Below are positions 8,647 to 18,393 of a stretch of 32,000 nucleotides of DNA, piece by piece. Origin of the DNA: Desulfobulbus propionicus DSM 2032 (GTDB lineage Bacteria > Desulfobacterota > Desulfobulbia > Desulfobulbales > Desulfobulbaceae). Each line of letters opens with the position of its first letter. Position 1 is the stretch's first letter. Where the stretch lies: the NCBI RefSeq assembly GCF_000186885.1, contig NC_014972.1, forward strand, positions 1,770,001 to 1,802,000. Direction: 5' to 3'. Below the pieces are notes generated by a model. It was not told the origin of the DNA, searched no databases, and saw nothing but the letters and a program-made list of their open reading frames with translations. Made by a program: the position numbers and the translations under genes.

Positions 8647-9021
8647 ATGACCAAAACACTCGAACACGACGACCAGGACGATTTGTGCGGGGTACGCTGC
8701 ATCCACAAGGAGCGGATCGGCGCGGCCCGTGAACAGGCCCTGACCGATACGGAATACGAAACCATGGCCGTCCTGTTCAAGGCCATGGGCGATCCCAACC
8801 GGCTGCGGATTCTCTGGGCCCTGGGCGCGGGCGAGATGTGCGTCTGCGATCTGGCGGCCCTGTTGACCAGCTCCGAGTCGGCGGTCAGCCACCAACTGCG
8901 CCTGTTGCGCCAGATGGCCCTGGTCAGCAACCGGCGCCAGGGGCAGGTGCTCTACTACCGGCTCAACGACGATCACGTCCACACCCTCATCCATCAAGCC
9001 CTGGACCACGTCCGGGAATAA
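8647..9021 (+). CDS. ArsR/SmtB-family metal-responsive repressor (CadC/SmtB-like)
   Basis: ATG at 8647; winged-helix ArsR sequence (LFKAMGDPNRLRILWAL...SESAVSHQLRLLRQMALV...GQVLYYRLND); CGVRC near N-terminus, CVCDL in the alpha3 region, D-x-H-x10-H-x2-E in the C-terminal helix. Confidence 0.92.
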   Translation: MTKTLEHDDQDDLCGVRCIHKERIGAAREQALTDTEYETMAVLFKAMGDPNRLRILWALGAGEMCVCDLAALLTSSESAVSHQLRLLRQMALVSNRRQGQVLYYRLNDDHVHTLIHQALDHVRE

Positions 9022-9042
9022 CCCTTTGCCTTTGGTTCGATC

Positions 9043-10131
9043 ATGCACTTCGTCTCTGAAATGACTACGGCCGCGTGGACCCTGCTCGAACAGTCCTCGC
9101 TCTACATTCTCTTCGGCCTGCTGATCGGCGGCCTGCTGAAGATGGTGCTTTCTCCCGCCTATGTCGCCGCCCATCTGGGCAAGGGCCGGTTCAAGCCGGT
9201 GTTCAAGGCCGCCCTGCTGGGCGTGCCCATTCCGCTCTGCTCCTGCGGGGTGCTGCCGGCGGCGGCGCAGTTGAAGCGGCAGGGCGCCAACAACGGCGCC
9301 ACCACCGCCTTTCTCGTGTCTACCCCGGAATCGGGCGTGGATTCCATTGCCGTGTCCTGGGCCCTGCTCGACCCGCTGATGACCGTGGCCCGGCCGGTGG
9401 CGGCCTTTTGTTCCGCCTTTGTCGCCGGGGTGATGGAAAACCTGCTCGATCCCAACGCCAACCGGCAACCGATGCGCATCCTGCCCATGGCCTCGGCGCC
9501 GGCCGCCGCCTGTGCGGGAACGGAGTGCGGCTGCGGGCACGAGCACCCCACACTGCCGGCCGCGGGCTGGGGGCAGAAGCTGGGCCAGGGAGTGCGTTAC
9601 GCGGTGACCGACATCTGGGGCGACCTGGCCGGCTGGTTTTTTGTCGGCATCGCAGTGGCCGCCTGCATCACCGTGTTCATCCCCGATGACCTGATCACCC
9701 GTCATCTCGGGGGCGGCATCGGTTCGATGCTGCTGATGCTCCTGATCGGCATTCCCCTGTATGTCTGCGCCACCGCCGCCACGCCGATCGCCGCGTCGCT
9801 GATCCTCAAGGGGGTCAGTCCGGGCGCGGCCCTGGTGTTCCTCCTCGCCGGACCGGCCACCAATGTCGCCGCCCTGGCGGTGTTGGTCAAAATCCTGGGC
9901 AAGCGAGGAGTGGCCGTCTACCTGGCCTCGGTTTCGGTGGTCAGCGTGCTCTGCGGGCTGCTCCTCGACGGCCTCTATATGTCGCTCGGAATCTCGGCGG
10001 CGGCCACCATCGGCGAGGTCGCCGAATTCGTGCCCCATTGGCTGATGACCGGGGCCGCCGTGGTCCTGCTGCTGCTCTCCCTGCCGCTGATCAGCCGCTG
10101 GTTTTCTCTCAAGGGGTGTCGGCTGGCATAA
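9043..10131 (+). CDS. Permease, DUF318/SO_0444-family (predicted Cu/Zn-type metal efflux)
   Basis: 362 aa; duplicated membrane modules GVPIPLCSCGVLPAA...GATTAFLVSTPESGVDS and IPLYVCATAATPIAASLI...GPATN; directly downstream of the ArsR gene on the same strand; Cys/His-rich central loop. Confidence 0.88.
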   Translation: MHFVSEMTTAAWTLLEQSSLYILFGLLIGGLLKMVLSPAYVAAHLGKGRFKPVFKAALLGVPIPLCSCGVLPAAAQLKRQGANNGATTAFLVSTPESGVDSIAVSWALLDPLMTVARPVAAFCSAFVAGVMENLLDPNANRQPMRILPMASAPAAACAGTECGCGHEHPTLPAAGWGQKLGQGVRYAVTDIWGDLAGWFFVGIAVAACITVFIPDDLITRHLGGGIGSMLLMLLIGIPLYVCATAATPIAASLILKGVSPGAALVFLLAGPATNVAALAVLVKILGKRGVAVYLASVSVVSVLCGLLLDGLYMSLGISAAATIGEVAEFVPHWLMTGAAVVLLLLSLPLISRWFSLKGCRLA

Positions 10132-10142
10132 CCATCCTCTGT

Positions 10143-12494
10143 CTATGGGACAAAGGCCACTTCCAGGGTCCGGCTGGCACCGCGGCCCTGATCATCGACT
10201 ACGCTCACCTCGTACCGTCCCGAGGCGGCCGGCCGCCAAGGCAGGAAGCCGTCGCGCCGGCTGCTGCCCAGATAACGGGTGTCGGCAAACCAGTACATCC
10301 GCTGGGCGTCGCCATCGATGGCCGCGCTCAGCTCGATGGTTTCCTCAGGTTTGGACAGGCGCAGGGTGTACGTCACCCCGGTCAGCGGCGAATTGAGCCG
10401 GGGCGGATCGCCCTGGTTGCCCATGGCCGGCGGTTGATCGCAACCGGCGGCCGGCTCGGGCGGCTGGCGGCGTGCCAGTCCGGCGTCGCGGAACAGGCGC
10501 TGCAGATCCGAGGGCCAGAATGCAAACACCTCCAGCCGGGTCACCGCCGGATCAAACGGCGGGCAAGCGGCCTGGCCGGTGCGGCTGTCGATCATCACCG
10601 GCCGGTGCAGGGTGGAAACGCGAATCGGCGATTTACCGGGAATAAACCAGGTGACGGCGGTTTGCGGGCACCAGCGGTTGGGCAGATCGCCCGAGGCGGC
10701 GCACACCTCGATCCGGGTCAACCCTGGCGGAGGTTGATCCGCTTGGGGTGGCTGGAGGCGACGGGTCAGCGCCAGGGCGTCAACCAGGCGGAAAAAGAGC
10801 GGCGCCGCCGCCTGGATGCCGACAAAGGCCGGATTGGGCTGCCCGTCGAAGTTGCCGATCCACACCGCCAGCACATAGTCGCCGGTCAACCCCACGGTCC
10901 AGGCATCGCGAAAGCCCCAGGAGGTGCCGGTTTTCCAGGCGGTCGGCCACAGGCCGTTGTCCCGGCGGTCAGGGCGCGGGTTGCGGCGCAGCATGTCGCG
11001 CACCAGAAAGGCGGCCTGGGGCGAAAGCAGCCGGGTGCCGGGGAGTTGGGGATCGTCCTGCCGGTAGCGCAGCGGCTTGAGCAGACCGCCGTTGGCGAGC
11101 ATGGCGTACAATTCGGCCAGTTCCTCCATGGTCAGCTCGCCGCCGCCGAGTGCCAGGGCCAGACCGTAATGGGCCTCAGAGCGCAGGCGGGCGACGCCGG
11201 CGGTGCGGAGCAAATCGTGCAGGGAAGGGCGCTGGACGCGGTTGGCCAGCCAGATGGCCGGGACGTTGCGGCTGCGGATCAAGGCCTCGGTGGCCGAGAT
11301 CGGACCGACAAACCGGCCGTCGAAGTTTTCCGGCTGAAAAGGGCCAAAGGCGGTGGGCGCGTCGCTGAGCATGGACAGCGGATGGATCAGTCCCTGGTCA
11401 AGCGCCAGGCCGTAGAGAAAGGGCTTGAGGGTCGAGCCGGGCGAGCGTTTGGCGAGCACGCCGTTGACCTGGCCGTGGAGGACTGGGTCGAAATAGTCGG
11501 CCGAGCCGACCAGGGCCCGGACGCCCATGTCGCGGCGGTCGACCAACAGGGCCGCGGCGTTGGCCATGCCGAGATGGCGCCGTTCGGTGAGGTACTGACG
11601 CATCAGTCGTTCGAGCAGACCCTGCAGCGAGCTGTCCAGGGTGGTGTCGATCACCTGCCGCCGGCCGGTCTCGCGCACCAACAGATGGTCGGTGAGATGG
11701 GGGGCGAGGTAGGGCAGATGGCCACGGCGCAACCCCTTGATCTCCTGGTCGGCCAGGATCGTCTCCGGCGATTGCTCGGGATGGCGGACACGCCATGCCT
11801 GGGCCAGCCGTCGGCGGGCCTGTTGCTGTTCCGCGCCGAAATCCGACCGCTTGGTCGGGTTCTGCGGCATCACCGCCAGGGCCAGGCTTTCCGCCACCGT
11901 CAATTGGCTGGCGGTCTTGGCAAAGTAGATTCGGGCCGCCGCCCCCAGTCCTTCGATGTTGCCGCCCATGGGTGCCAGGTTGCAGTAGGCTTCCAGCAAT
12001 TCCCGTTTGCTGTGGCGCGCCTCCAGCCAGAGGGCAAGCAGGATTTGCTTGAGCTTGCCGGAGAGGGTGCGGGTGTTGAGGCGGTGGAGCCGTCGCGCCA
12101 GTTGCATGCTCAGGGTCGATCCCCCCTGGCGCTCGCCCCGGACATAAGTGGTCCAGGCGGCGCGCAACAGGGCCTGGAGGTTGACTCCCGGATGGAGGTG
12201 AAAAAAACGGTCCTCCTTGAGCAGGATGGCCTCCACCGCCGCCGGGGCGATCTCGTCCAGACTTGTCCAGAGGCGGTACTGACCGTCTCCGGCCAGGGTC
12301 AGGCGCAACACCGTACCGTCCGCGGCGCGGAGCAGGCGTGAACAGGGGATGGCGGGGCCCAGCGGTTCGGCCGGCAGCAGTTGCCTCAGCCCGATGCCGG
12401 CAAAAACGGCGAACCCGATAAAAACGGCTGTTGCCGCCAGCAACCGTCGGCCGCGTTTGTCCGGCCCGCCGCCGGCGCCGAGAGAGCGGCTCAC
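10143..12494 (-). CDS. pbpC: Penicillin-binding protein 1C (transglycosylase/transpeptidase with BiPBP C-terminal domain)
   Basis: EDRFFHLHPGVNLQALLRAAW...GGSTLSMQLARRL (GT51); SPGSTLKPFLYG, SRN and KTGTSWGFRDAW (transpeptidase); C-terminal beta domain. GTG start overlaps the upstream gene stop (GTGA). Confidence 0.94.
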   Translation of the reverse strand: MSRSLGAGGGPDKRGRRLLAATAVFIGFAVFAGIGLRQLLPAEPLGPAIPCSRLLRAADGTVLRLTLAGDGQYRLWTSLDEIAPAAVEAILLKEDRFFHLHPGVNLQALLRAAWTTYVRGERQGGSTLSMQLARRLHRLNTRTLSGKLKQILLALWLEARHSKRELLEAYCNLAPMGGNIEGLGAAARIYFAKTASQLTVAESLALAVMPQNPTKRSDFGAEQQQARRRLAQAWRVRHPEQSPETILADQEIKGLRRGHLPYLAPHLTDHLLVRETGRRQVIDTTLDSSLQGLLERLMRQYLTERRHLGMANAAALLVDRRDMGVRALVGSADYFDPVLHGQVNGVLAKRSPGSTLKPFLYGLALDQGLIHPLSMLSDAPTAFGPFQPENFDGRFVGPISATEALIRSRNVPAIWLANRVQRPSLHDLLRTAGVARLRSEAHYGLALALGGGELTMEELAELYAMLANGGLLKPLRYRQDDPQLPGTRLLSPQAAFLVRDMLRRNPRPDRRDNGLWPTAWKTGTSWGFRDAWTVGLTGDYVLAVWIGNFDGQPNPAFVGIQAAAPLFFRLVDALALTRRLQPPQADQPPPGLTRIEVCAASGDLPNRWCPQTAVTWFIPGKSPIRVSTLHRPVMIDSRTGQAACPPFDPAVTRLEVFAFWPSDLQRLFRDAGLARRQPPEPAAGCDQPPAMGNQGDPPRLNSPLTGVTYTLRLSKPEETIELSAAIDGDAQRMYWFADTRYLGSSRRDGFLPWRPAASGRYEVSVVDDQGRGASRTLEVAFVP

Positions 12495-15400
12495 GGCTCG
12501 ACAATGATCAGCGTGCCGCCCTCGCCCCGCCCTTGCAGGCCGCGTTCGTACATGCCCTCGGCATAGGGCGGCGGCGTGCGGAAGGTGCCCGCGTTGGTGG
12601 CCCGCACCCTGTAGTCAAAGGTGGCGACATCGCGCGACAGCCCGGCGTAGAGTACCACCCGGTCATCGCGGGTATCGACGAACGAGGGCTCCCAGCCGAG
12701 CTTGACCATGCCGGCGGAAAGGGGCTCGGCATCGTCCTCCCGGCCGCCATTCTCCTCGCCTTCGATGACCTCTTCCATGGGTTCGGCCGCAAGGCTGACC
12801 ACCGGTTCCACGCCGCCCGGCAGCAGATCGACGATGGCGATCTCGCCAAGCCGGTCCCGCTCTGTGGCCCGCAGCTGCAACCGCACGGTGAACTCCTCGC
12901 CCACCTTGACCTGAGTCAGCGGCTCGCCGGCGCCGTTCAGATAGTCGCGCCGGATCTCGATGCCCTGCCGCAGGGCTGCCTCCGGCGGATTGCGGTCGAA
13001 TCCGGCCTCGGTCAACTGGTAGAAGGCCGGCAGCCGCGCGTTTTCCTTGCGCACGATCACCTTGGCCCAGTTGACGGGAATTTCGGCCAGCGGCGGCCGG
13101 CCCATCAGGGGCAGCGGTTGGCTGGAACCGTCGGCCAGGCCGGCCTCGATGTGGAACGGACCGCTTGTGGGCACGGTCGCCTGGCCATAGAGGTCAAAGG
13201 CGCGGATCAGCAGGGCCGCGGACAGCGAGTGGTAGTGGTCGGCCGACAGCTCCCGTCCCAGGGCCGGCAACAGATCCGGCGGCAGCGCGGCCAGCCGATC
13301 GGGAAAATGGCGGGCCAGCAGGGTCAGCAGTTCCGCGTCGTGGCAGAGCGGATCGCTGAATAGGGCAAACGACGCCTCGGCGGACGGGGCCAGTGTCTTC
13401 CAGGGCACCCCGGCGATCAACTGTTTGGCATCGCGATCCTTTTTGAGCAGGGCCTGACTGGCGGCCAGGTAGGCCGCGGTCAGGTCGGCGCGCCAGGTAT
13501 CGCGATGATGCCGCTCCAATTGCTCCATGGCCGCCGCCAGGGCCGTACTGGTGACCGTGCCGGTGCGGGTGAGCAGATAGATGGCCCGGGCCTTGGTCCG
13601 CAGTTCCTCCAGCCCTTCCACCGGCCCGTGGGCGATCCGCTCCAGATAGGCGCGGCTCTGTGTCTCCAGGTCCCGGGGCACGGCCGCGCCGCGCTCGCTG
13701 GCCTCGAGGAGGAAATCCCCGGCATAGACCGAGATCTCCGGTTGCACCTCCAGATTGGTCGCCCATTGGCCAAAACCGCCGGCTTCGTTCTGCCGCTGGC
13801 GGAGGAGGGCAAAGGCGTCGGCAAGGGGCTTGAAGCCGGGCCGGGCTAGTTCCTCCGGCGTGGCCATGACCAGCGGGGGCATGGCCCTGGACAGCAGCTG
13901 TTCGGTGCAGCTGTAAGGATACTGCGCCAAATAGGTGCGCAGTCCCTGCGCCCAGGCCAGGGGCGAATGCTCCACGCCCACATGGACGGTGCGGTGTTCG
14001 GCAAACAGATCGCGCTGCGGCTGGAGGCTGAAGGCCGCCTCGGTGAACAGCCCGGCCCGCAGGGCTGTCCGGTAGGGCGTGGCCGGACGCACCGAGAGGG
14101 TTTCGCTGATCCGGGTCATGCCCTCGGGACTGTCGCCGACAAAGACCAGTTCCGCCGAGCCCAGCGTGTCGGTGGCCTGGAGCCGGAAGGTGGCGACCCC
14201 TTCCCGGTTGGGGGCCGCCTCGATCTGTTGGCGGGGCTCACCCACCACCCGCAGACCCGGTCCGGTTTCCAGGCGCAGGTCGAGCCGGCCGACTGTCCGT
14301 TGGTTGTTGAAGGCGCCGGTGCTGACGGTGAACTGGTCGCCCGGGGCGACAAAGGCTGGGATGTTGGGGGTCAGCACCCACGGACCGCGTATCTCGGCGC
14401 CGCTTTCGGCAACGCCGATCCGTTCCCGGGTAACCGCCACCGCCATGATCCGCAGCCGGCCATTGAACCCCTCCGGCACGGTGTAGCTGAAGGTTCGGCC
14501 GGTGGCGGGCACGTCCACCACTCCGGACCAATAGGCCACCGGACCCTGTCGCTTGCGTTTGAACGGATTAAGATGGGAACCGATCGCCTCCTCGCCGTCG
14601 CCGCCGGGCGCCGCCGCGGCCAGCAGCCGGCTGTATTCGGGCAGGATCAGGCTGAGGATCTGCGAGGTCTGCACATCGAGCATCCGCTTCTGAAAAAAGC
14701 GGCCGAGCGGATCCGGCGTCTTGTAGCGGGCCACCTGGAGAATGCCTTCGTCCACGGCAAAGACCACCGCTCGGGACGCCTCGCCGGGAGTCAGCCGCAT
14801 GGTCAGCTCCTGGCCGGGCTTGATCAGCTCCGGCGCGCTGAGGGCGAGCGGCAGCCGGCGCGCCTCCAGGGAAACGCCGAACGGCGCCACTCCGGAGGAG
14901 AGCGGGCTCATGAACACTTCGGACGAGTTGGGGTCGCGCACGAACTGGACGTTGACATAACCGTTGCCCTCCAGATCCCGGGGCACGGTGATGGTCTGCA
15001 CGCTGCTGCTGGTCTCGGCCTTGAACCAGCGATGGGCGTAAACCCGGTCCCGTTCGATGGTGATCAGACCGGCGCCGGTGTAAGGAGCGCGCAGGCTGAT
15101 CTGGATGGTCTCGCCCGGTGCGTAGCTCGTTTTATCTAGCTTGATCTGCAGTTCGGCGTTGCGTTCCAGCGATCGGCTGAGGTTGGCGGCGCCGGCCACG
15201 GTCCAGCCGATGCGGTTGAGCACCGTGCCCTTGGGGTCGCGAATTTCGTAGGCAAAATCACCGGGCTCGGCCGTGGGCAGGGCAAGCTCGGTCCCTTCCT
15301 TGGCGAGGGCGATCGGCGCGGCATGGCGCAACACCTCCTTGCGCCGCGATTCGTACTTATAGGTGCCGCTTGGCTGCTTGACCAGCACCGACACGTGCCG

Positions 15401-18274
15401 GTATTCGACCAGGGCCAGGGTTAGTCCATCCACCGGCACCGGTTCGAGGGCGGGGTTCACCGCCAGCCAGCGGCAGGTGCGGGCCGCTCCCTTGGTTACA
15501 TACTCCAGCGGGTCGGGGCTGTGCACCCCGATCAGATAGGGCGCGGCGGACACCAGGGTTTCCTGTTCGGCGGCCACGCCCCGGCCGCCCTCGGCCTCGA
15601 AGACCCGGGCGGTCAGGCGGAGGCGATAGGTGGCCTGGGCAAAACGCTGCAGGTTGGGGGCTAGCATGGCCTCGCCGTCAGCCGAGGTCCTGGTCGCGGC
15701 CAGGGCTTCATCCACCCCCTCCTTGAACACCTCCTCGACATGGAAGCGGTACTGCGGGAAGGGCTTGAAGGCGGGCAGGGCCGGGGAAAGGCGCATGCGG
15801 GCCGTGACCCGGCGATCCGAGGCATCGGCGCCGAACAGGTGACGGGCCTTGACCAGGGGGGTGACCATGTCCGGCCGCAGCCAGCCGGCGGTGGGCGCTT
15901 CGGCCAATCGGAGCTCCACCTTCATCCGATCCGGCTCGAATTCGCGGACGGTGAAAGTAGCGCTGTTGATGAATGCGGCCCGGCGGTTGTTGTGCACCAG
16001 ATAAAGCGAAACCGTGTACTCGCCGCTGGGCGCGGCGCCGCTGCTGGCAAAATCGACCCCGTCAAAGCCGCTGGCCGTGCAGGCACGCCGCTGATTCCAG
16101 GCCACCAGCCCCTTGGGATCGGTGATTTCGATCTCCACCGGCATGCCCTCGATGGGCGTCTTCCAGTCCGCCGGCCGGAGGATGGCGCCGATGTGGACCG
16201 TTTCTCCCGGCCGGTAGAGGCCGCGATCGGTGAACAGGTTGGCGGTGATCTGCTCCGGGCTGTCTTCGTTGACCGCGCCACCGATGTCGAAACGGGAAAA
16301 ATCCACCTGGTGCTCGTCGCGGCCCAGGGGCAGGAAAGAGAGGTCGTTGCCCTGGGAGGCGACCACCATGATCGGCGTTTTCTCCCGCTTGAGCTCGTTC
16401 ATCTGCGCGAACCGGACATGGCCGCTTGGATCGGTGGATCCTTCGGCCACGGCCAGGCCGTTGCGGCCCACCACCTCGACCTTGGCGCCCGCCACCGGCA
16501 AGCCGCTGGCAATCGACTGGACAAAGACCTCCTGGCCGCCGTCCAGGGTGCGCTTGCTGATCAGGCCCAAGTCGGTCACCAGCAGGAAGCGGCGGTCGCC
16601 GTCTTCCCCATCGTGGACATAGTCGCTGTATTCGCGCTGGGGATGGCTGGGATCAAAGGGGGTCAGGCGGAGGACGAACACTCCGCGCCGGCCTCCTCCG
16701 TCACTGAGGTAGGCCCCGAGGTCGACCGCGTCGTACAGGGGCTTGGCCGGATCGATGGCGCCGAACTCGCGGGTGTAGGTCATCCGTTCCACCAGTCGGT
16801 CGAAATCGTCCGCATAGACCGAGGGGCGGGCAAACCGGTTGTCATTCTGATCCACGATTTGGTGCAGCTGGCCGGGGAGCAGACGGGCCACCTCCACCCG
16901 GACACCCGGCACGCCCTGGGCCATGAAACCGATCCGCCGTTCGCCGCGCAAACTCATCAGCGCTCCGTCGCCCAACAGTTTGAGCACCTTGGGGTACTCG
17001 CCGGTGAACAGGATCTGGGGTGTCGCTTCCTTGGACAGGTAGCCGCCGGCCGCCTCCACCCGTTCGTCGATCCTGACGAAGATCTGCCGCTTGACCGGGG
17101 CACGGAAGATGAAGCTGTGGTGGCTGTTGTGCGGTGCCGCGCTGGGCACCAGGGTCAGGGGCAGGGGATCCGTGAGGTCGGCTTCGCTGAAGCGTTCCAG
17201 CCGCCAGCCGTGGGCGTCCTTTCGCTCTGGCAGCAGCCAGGCATGTACATGGCGGGCGATGACCTCGTCGCTCACCGGAAAGGAGCTGTCCACCATCAGC
17301 ACCTGCTGGGGTTCGCCCTGGGGGCTGTTGACGTAGCGCACCTCCAGGTTGGAGAAGGTCAGCTGGTAGCGGCCGGGCACGGTCACCGCCTGCTCGATCG
17401 GCTGCGGGCTGCGGTTGCCGCCCTTGACCGTGGCGATGCCCTTGTCCAGGGTCAGGGTGATCGGAGTGGATTCCAGGGGCACGGCCAGCGGCGCCGAATG
17501 GATGTAGGCATGCAGCCCGGTCTTGTCCAGGGTCAGGGTCCAGGGCTCCTTGCGCGCGTCGCGAAAGGCGAGGCCCGCCCCCAGGGTGAGACGGATGGCG
17601 TCGCGCAGGCTGGGCGCGTCGACCGGATGGGAAAAATCCACCGTGGCCACCAGCTTCTTGAGCGAGCCGTCCTCCGGATCCTGGTACAGTTCCCCCGTCT
17701 TGACCGCCACCGCAAAGGGCGCGCTGCGGAAGGGCAGCTGGTAGGCCTTGAGCAGCACGCTCGGGGCGAGGAACTCCCGCTTGGCCAAGGAAAGGGTGAA
17801 GCCGCCATCCACCGGCCAGTCGGTATCGGGCCGGAATTCCAGGGTGCGGTCGTCGAGCCAGCGCCAGGTTCCGGCCAGGGCCGGTTCCAGCCGCACGCCA
17901 GAAGTCACCGTTTTGCCCACCAGGGCCAGCGGCGCGGCGGATTCGGCGAACCGGACACGCAGCGGCGCGACGGCTGCCGGGGCCTTGGCGTAGTCGGTGA
18001 GGGCCGGCGGTTCGATTTCCAGGTCAACGGTATGGGGCTGGGGGAGATGGCTGTACCAATGCCAGCCATGCCAGCCGCCGGCCGCCGCGGCCATCAGGGC
18101 CACCAACAGCGTTCCGGCCAGCAGCGGTCGCTTGCCAAGTCGGATGCATCGTGCGCCGATCCACAGCAGCCACGGCGGCGGCTGCCAGCCGATGCGGCCG
18201 AACAGGATGGCAAGAATTGTGCGCAGGCCGCGCAGGAGAACAACTAGGGGAGCGGGCAGAGGGGGGATCTTCAT
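12491..18274 (-). CDS. Bacterial alpha-2-macroglobulin family protein
   Basis: ~1927 aa from MKIPPLPAPLVVLLRG; MG-domain signatures (DRGLYRPGETVHIGAILR, SYAPGETIQISLRAPYTGAGLITIERD), thioester motif YPYSCTEQLLSRAMP, N-terminal membrane anchor; pairs with pbpC. Confidence 0.94.
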   Translation of the reverse strand: MKIPPLPAPLVVLLRGLRTILAILFGRIGWQPPPWLLWIGARCIRLGKRPLLAGTLLVALMAAAAGGWHGWHWYSHLPQPHTVDLEIEPPALTDYAKAPAAVAPLRVRFAESAAPLALVGKTVTSGVRLEPALAGTWRWLDDRTLEFRPDTDWPVDGGFTLSLAKREFLAPSVLLKAYQLPFRSAPFAVAVKTGELYQDPEDGSLKKLVATVDFSHPVDAPSLRDAIRLTLGAGLAFRDARKEPWTLTLDKTGLHAYIHSAPLAVPLESTPITLTLDKGIATVKGGNRSPQPIEQAVTVPGRYQLTFSNLEVRYVNSPQGEPQQVLMVDSSFPVSDEVIARHVHAWLLPERKDAHGWRLERFSEADLTDPLPLTLVPSAAPHNSHHSFIFRAPVKRQIFVRIDERVEAAGGYLSKEATPQILFTGEYPKVLKLLGDGALMSLRGERRIGFMAQGVPGVRVEVARLLPGQLHQIVDQNDNRFARPSVYADDFDRLVERMTYTREFGAIDPAKPLYDAVDLGAYLSDGGGRRGVFVLRLTPFDPSHPQREYSDYVHDGEDGDRRFLLVTDLGLISKRTLDGGQEVFVQSIASGLPVAGAKVEVVGRNGLAVAEGSTDPSGHVRFAQMNELKREKTPIMVVASQGNDLSFLPLGRDEHQVDFSRFDIGGAVNEDSPEQITANLFTDRGLYRPGETVHIGAILRPADWKTPIEGMPVEIEITDPKGLVAWNQRRACTASGFDGVDFASSGAAPSGEYTVSLYLVHNNRRAAFINSATFTVREFEPDRMKVELRLAEAPTAGWLRPDMVTPLVKARHLFGADASDRRVTARMRLSPALPAFKPFPQYRFHVEEVFKEGVDEALAATRTSADGEAMLAPNLQRFAQATYRLRLTARVFEAEGGRGVAAEQETLVSAAPYLIGVHSPDPLEYVTKGAARTCRWLAVNPALEPVPVDGLTLALVEYRHVSVLVKQPSGTYKYESRRKEVLRHAAPIALAKEGTELALPTAEPGDFAYEIRDPKGTVLNRIGWTVAGAANLSRSLERNAELQIKLDKTSYAPGETIQISLRAPYTGAGLITIERDRVYAHRWFKAETSSSVQTITVPRDLEGNGYVNVQFVRDPNSSEVFMSPLSSGVAPFGVSLEARRLPLALSAPELIKPGQELTMRLTPGEASRAVVFAVDEGILQVARYKTPDPLGRFFQKRMLDVQTSQILSLILPEYSRLLAAAAPGGDGEEAIGSHLNPFKRKRQGPVAYWSGVVDVPATGRTFSYTVPEGFNGRLRIMAVAVTRERIGVAESGAEIRGPWVLTPNIPAFVAPGDQFTVSTGAFNNQRTVGRLDLRLETGPGLRVVGEPRQQIEAAPNREGVATFRLQATDTLGSAELVFVGDSPEGMTRISETLSVRPATPYRTALRAGLFTEAAFSLQPQRDLFAEHRTVHVGVEHSPLAWAQGLRTYLAQYPYSCTEQLLSRAMPPLVMATPEELARPGFKPLADAFALLRQRQNEAGGFGQWATNLEVQPEISVYAGDFLLEASERGAAVPRDLETQSRAYLERIAHGPVEGLEELRTKARAIYLLTRTGTVTSTALAAAMEQLERHHRDTWRADLTAAYLAASQALLKKDRDAKQLIAGVPWKTLAPSAEASFALFSDPLCHDAELLTLLARHFPDRLAALPPDLLPALGRELSADHYHSLSAALLIRAFDLYGQATVPTSGPFHIEAGLADGSSQPLPLMGRPPLAEIPVNWAKVIVRKENARLPAFYQLTEAGFDRNPPEAALRQGIEIRRDYLNGAGEPLTQVKVGEEFTVRLQLRATERDRLGEIAIVDLLPGGVEPVVSLAAEPMEEVIEGEENGGREDDAEPLSAGMVKLGWEPSFVDTRDDRVVLYAGLSRDVATFDYRVRATNAGTFRTPPPYAEGMYERGLQGRGEGGTLIIVEP

Positions 18275-18393
18275 GGGCGCACCATGGGAGAAAAGGGGAA
18301 GGGAGGAGGCACTCGGTCGAGCGACGATTCCTGGGAAATGCACGGATTCCCTTGGGACAGGTCCGCCCTTGTTCCTGCAGTGGCATCGCGTCT

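Noticed and set aside
10038-12341. 767-aa plus-strand ORF opposite pbpC
   Set aside because: Shadow ORF in register with pbpC; it also overlaps the end of the genuine permease gene.
15740-18247. Very long plus-strand ORF (835 aa) opposite the alpha-2-macroglobulin gene
   Set aside because: It is in exact codon register with the minus-strand gene, so a plus-strand stop would need TTA, CTA or TCA codons in the sense gene, which are rare in GC-rich genomes. It is a shadow ORF with no family signature.
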